A stretch of DNA of 64,000 nt from Acidimicrobiia bacterium (GTDB taxonomy: Bacteria > Actinomycetota > Acidimicrobiia > Spongiisociales > ZC4RG35). Positions within the stretch are counted from its first letter, which is position 1. Each line of letters begins with the position of its first letter. The stretch covers positions 498,565 through 562,564 of the forward strand of contig OZ244166.1 of assembly GCA_965216445.1 (NCBI GenBank). The letters are read 5' to 3'. The notes beneath the pieces are model-generated. The model searched no databases and was not told where the DNA came from. It saw only the letters and a list, made by a program, of their open reading frames with translations. Both the position numbers and the translations under genes were made by a program. Positions 61,226-64,000 of this stretch are shown here, piece after piece.

Positions 61226-61756
61226 GTGAGTGATAGTCGTCGACGCATAGACCGGGTCCTTCAGCCCGAATTCGTATCAGATCTGGCAGACCTCGAGTTG
61301 AGCCAACTACGAGAACGCCGCGATACCACCGAAGACGTTGAGAGCCAGGTGTCCTACTACCGACGGCTGCTTCATGGTCGAATGGATCTCCTCGATTTCG
61401 AGCTGAGCCGTCGCAAAGGTGAAGAAGAGCGGACGTTGTTGGAAGCCCTCCCCGAAATCCTTGCCAAAGGAATGATCCTCGGGAACGAACCGACGCTGCG
61501 GTACATCGAGGTAATGCCGCCCCTCCCAAAGTCGACCGGACGTCGATTGATCGACAAGATCATGGATGACGGTGTGCTTACTCAGTTGAGCGAGCTCACC
61601 GAAGAGGAGATTGCCTCAGCCCTCGAAGAACTCCGCGACTTCGAGAGGCAGCTCTCCGCACAGAGGAAGCAGCTGCACTTGGTGATCGACAAGATCCAGG
61701 AGGAGATCGTCGACCGCTTCAGAAGCCAGCACGGCACACCCACAGCCGCCGGCTAA
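61226..61756 (+). CDS. rsiG: RsiG/AmfC family c-di-GMP-binding anti-sigma factor
   Basis: RRRIDRVL plus twin E-x3-S-x2-R-x3-(Q/H)-x3-D motifs (ESQVSYYRRLLHGRMD, ERQLSAQRKQLHLVID). Confidence 0.8.
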   Translation: MSDSRRRIDRVLQPEFVSDLADLELSQLRERRDTTEDVESQVSYYRRLLHGRMDLLDFELSRRKGEEERTLLEALPEILAKGMILGNEPTLRYIEVMPPLPKSTGRRLIDKIMDDGVLTQLSELTEEEIASALEELRDFERQLSAQRKQLHLVIDKIQEEIVDRFRSQHGTPTAAG

Positions 61757-61759
61757 GCG

Positions 61760-62707
61760 GTGCTCGCGGCGCGAATCCGATCCGGATTGCCGGAGACATT
61801 CCATGACGGGACCGTTGCTGTGGTCGATGCCCACGGCAACCTCAGAGCTCACTACGGCAACCTGGACCAACCCTTCTTCCTCAGGTCGTCGGCAAAGCCG
61901 TTTCAGGCCTATGTTGCCCAGCTTGCTGGGGCGAAGCTGAATAGACGGCAGTTGGCTATGGCAGCCTCATCCCATGACGGGGAGCCGGTTCACGTCGCTC
62001 TTGTCGGCGCCATGCTCGGCGAGGCCGGACTGGATGAGTCCTCGCTCGGTTGTCCCGTGTCGTGGCCGCTCAAGGCATCGGCACGTGATCGGCTTCTGGG
62101 TTCTGGTGAGACGGGGCCGCGTCGTATCTGGCACAACTGTTCGGGCAAACATGCGTCGTGGCTTCGAGCGTGCCTTGCCTCAGGCTGGCCTACCGAGACC
62201 TACCTCGACCCGTCGCACCCGCTGCAACAAGAGATCCAAGAATTTGTAACTGAGCTGGGGGAGTATCCGGTGGAGCCCGTAGGTGTCGACGGCTGCGGAG
62301 CTCCGGTCCTGAGGACAACCGCCCGGGCGATGGCGCTGATGTTCTCTCGGTTGGCAACCGATCCCAAACTCCACGAAGTGGCGAATTCGATGCACACATA
62401 TCCTGCTTTGGTTTCAGGAACCGACAATGGGGATGCTTCAATCGCCACGGCCCTCAACGCTGTAGCCAAACGCGGAGCAGACGGCTGCATTGGTGTTGCG
62501 GTGGATGGGCACCTGGGAGTCGCCGTCAAATGCTGGGATGGAAGTGATGTCGTAGCGGCGCAGGCCGCCGTAGCCGCGCTGGAGGATACGGGTCTCTTGA
62601 CCTCGGCCCAGAGGTCGTCATTGCGACCTGTCGCTGAGCCGATGGTATTGGGCGGCGGCGAGCCGGTGGGTGTCCTCGAGTCACGTCTCGAGTTGTCCTT
62701 TCAATGA
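61760..62707 (+). CDS. L-asparaginase II (Rhizobium AnsA-type) family protein
   Basis: RSSAKPFQA, SSHDGE, HNCSGKH, VDGCGAP. Confidence 0.88.
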   Translation: MLAARIRSGLPETFHDGTVAVVDAHGNLRAHYGNLDQPFFLRSSAKPFQAYVAQLAGAKLNRRQLAMAASSHDGEPVHVALVGAMLGEAGLDESSLGCPVSWPLKASARDRLLGSGETGPRRIWHNCSGKHASWLRACLASGWPTETYLDPSHPLQQEIQEFVTELGEYPVEPVGVDGCGAPVLRTTARAMALMFSRLATDPKLHEVANSMHTYPALVSGTDNGDASIATALNAVAKRGADGCIGVAVDGHLGVAVKCWDGSDVVAAQAAVAALEDTGLLTSAQRSSLRPVAEPMVLGGGEPVGVLESRLELSFQ

Positions 62708-63141
62708 TGACCGGTCCCGATTTGAGGGAAGTGCTGACGAGGCAAATCGACACCTGGCTGGCCGATCCCGACTCGGCGGTGGAGTATGCCGAAGAGCTCG
62801 ACGGACGTTGGGCAGTGCGGATTCGGCAAGAAACCCGGGATGCCACAACCGTTTGGTTCACGCCGGGTGAGCGAAGTCTTAGGTATGAGGCGTATGTGCT
62901 TCCAGTCCCTCCCGGTGCTACCGACGTCTTCCGTGAAGTCCTCGTTCGCAACGGCAGATCGTGGAGGGCATTCTTCGCCCTCGATGACGAGGGTGGGTTG
63001 GTCCTTCGGGGAAGGATGGCCAGGCATTGGGTGACTCCCGACGAGCTCGAATTGGTTCTCGGTGAGATCTACGAAATGGTCGAAGTCGCTTTTCGATCGT
63101 TGGTCAGGTCAGCGTTCGAGACTCGCGAAAATTCGGGTTAG
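62704..63141 (+). CDS. YbjN-like domain protein
   Basis: GERSLRYEAYV, FFALDDEGGLVLRGR, ELELVLG. Confidence 0.65.
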   Translation: MMTGPDLREVLTRQIDTWLADPDSAVEYAEELDGRWAVRIRQETRDATTVWFTPGERSLRYEAYVLPVPPGATDVFREVLVRNGRSWRAFFALDDEGGLVLRGRMARHWVTPDELELVLGEIYEMVEVAFRSLVRSAFETRENSG

Positions 63142-63160
63142 ATACTTGTAAACACAGCCA

Positions 63161-63201
63161 TGTGGACAAACCCTGTGGAAAACCCCTGTTTCTGTGAATA
63201 A
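63161..63201 (-). promoter_or_regulatory. Cluster of three DnaA-box-like sites
   Basis: TGTGGACAA (63161), TGTGGAAAA (63174) and TGTGAATAA (63193), all in the same orientation. Confidence 0.5.
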
Positions 63202-63281
63202 GCCGGGTGTCGCCTGCCAGAATTACGGACTTGGACCCACTTTGCGATACTTAACGATAGAAAACAATTGCCACGACACCA

Positions 63282-63310
63282 TTGAACTCAACTTGACCGA
63301 TCCCTACATT
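63282..63310 (+). promoter_or_regulatory. Sigma-A-like promoter
   Basis: TTGAAC-N17-TACATT immediately upstream of a long hairpin. Confidence 0.55.
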
Positions 63311-63315
63311 CCCCA

Positions 63316-63397
63316 ATAACGCCCGAGAGGCAAGCCAGAGAAAGATCCGTTCGGGGAAGTGCGGAGACGGCTTTGGAGGGTCACTCGGGCGTTTCTC
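63316..63397 (+). ncRNA. Candidate structured small RNA
   Basis: AACGCCCGAG/CTCGGGCGTT, GGC/GTC, CCAGAG/CTTTGG and TCCGT/GCGGA stacked stems with purine-rich internal loops. Confidence 0.55.
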
Positions 63398-63502
63398 ATG
63401 GCAGGTGGTACCTCGTCTTCGGCGTCAAGCGCTGATCAGATATGAATACGATGTGTTTGCGCCGATCCTGGAGATTCAGGTGATTTGGTCAGGACTCTTG
63501 CG

Positions 63503-64000
63503 GTGACTCTGCGAGTCTTTGGAATAGCGTCGGGATTCTTGTTGCTGGTCTCGGCCTGTTGGACCTCTGGTGGCTCGGATCTCATGTGTTTGAACAAAGA
63601 CATTGTGGTTCCCGCTGAGGTGATGGATCGGCCCCCTCTCAACAGGAGCGAGTTTGCCCGAATAGGTCTTGGTGCTGCCGTATTGGATCTATATCAAGAA
63701 GGTGGCCTGTTCGAAGAAACCCCTGAACTGCTGGAAGAGGCAAACGGGTTTGCCGTTGTTGATGACAGCCTTGCCCTGTTCTTCAGCGATGAAGAGGCCT
63801 TTGCTGCCATAGAGATGAACGAGACGGGGGGAGCCTATGAACTGGTGAGGGTCTCCTCATGCACCTTGGTGCGTGCTACCGCACACGAAGACTCGGTGGT
63901 ATCGACATTTGAGGTCATCGGTGACCCTTCGGAATCTGACTCCACCTTCCAAATCAGGTCTGTGCACGAGAAATGCGACAACCGGTCTGATAATCCGGGA
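63503..64000 (+). CDS. Hypothetical lipoprotein (runs off the right edge)
   Basis: Manual translation MTLRVFGIASGFLLLVSAC-WTSGGSDLMC...; open to the window end. Confidence 0.6.
   Translation, partial: MTLRVFGIASGFLLLVSACWTSGGSDLMCLNKDIVVPAEVMDRPPLNRSEFARIGLGAAVLDLYQEGGLFEETPELLEEANGFAVVDDSLALFFSDEEAFAAIEMNETGGAYELVRVSSCTLVRATAHEDSVVSTFEVIGDPSESDSTFQIRSVHEKCDNRSDNPG

Noticed and set aside
63142-63320. oriC
   Set aside because: Only three box-like sites, no dnaA, dnaN or rpmH neighbours, and no clear unwinding element.
63316-63397. SRP 4.5S RNA or tRNA
   Set aside because: It lacks the CAGG-N-GGAA-N-AGCAG domain IV signature and has no cloverleaf or T-loop.

Overview
Gene-dense chromosomal window of about 65 genes. 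By eye it is roughly 60% GC and actinobacterial, most likely Acidimicrobiia-like; this is inferred from the RsiG, LigC/Prim-PolC, PPOX-F420 and SigK-type promoter features and from pervasive leaderless starts. The content is mostly housekeeping or accessory metabolism: LigC plus a stand-alone primase-polymerase, two ABC-2 cassettes, msrA, tandem S41 proteases, maf, dusB, hutUG, pabB(C), deoD, an ECF sigma/anti-sigma pair, azlCD, an NCS2 permease, nrdJ (frameshifted), lutABC, fluC and rsiG. I found no tRNA, rRNA, CRISPR, transposase or prophage. The most interesting signals are non-coding. (1) Six copies of a 48-bp fixed-geometry dyad repeat (NTTCC-N11-CGGCCA-N4-TGGCCG-N11-AGAAC); five sit at a stop codon in the same orientation. 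(2) A ykkC subtype-2-like riboswitch with an atypical P3 in front of an EamA transporter. (3) An orphan ~80-nt hairpin RNA with its own promoter, downstream of a DnaA-box cluster. Protein oddities include a MoaD/ubiquitin-like domain fused through an internal GG to a CdsA-like membrane domain, a PASTA-containing anti-sigma factor, and a serine-less alpha/beta hydrolase. All family calls come from motif recognition by eye; no database searches were run.
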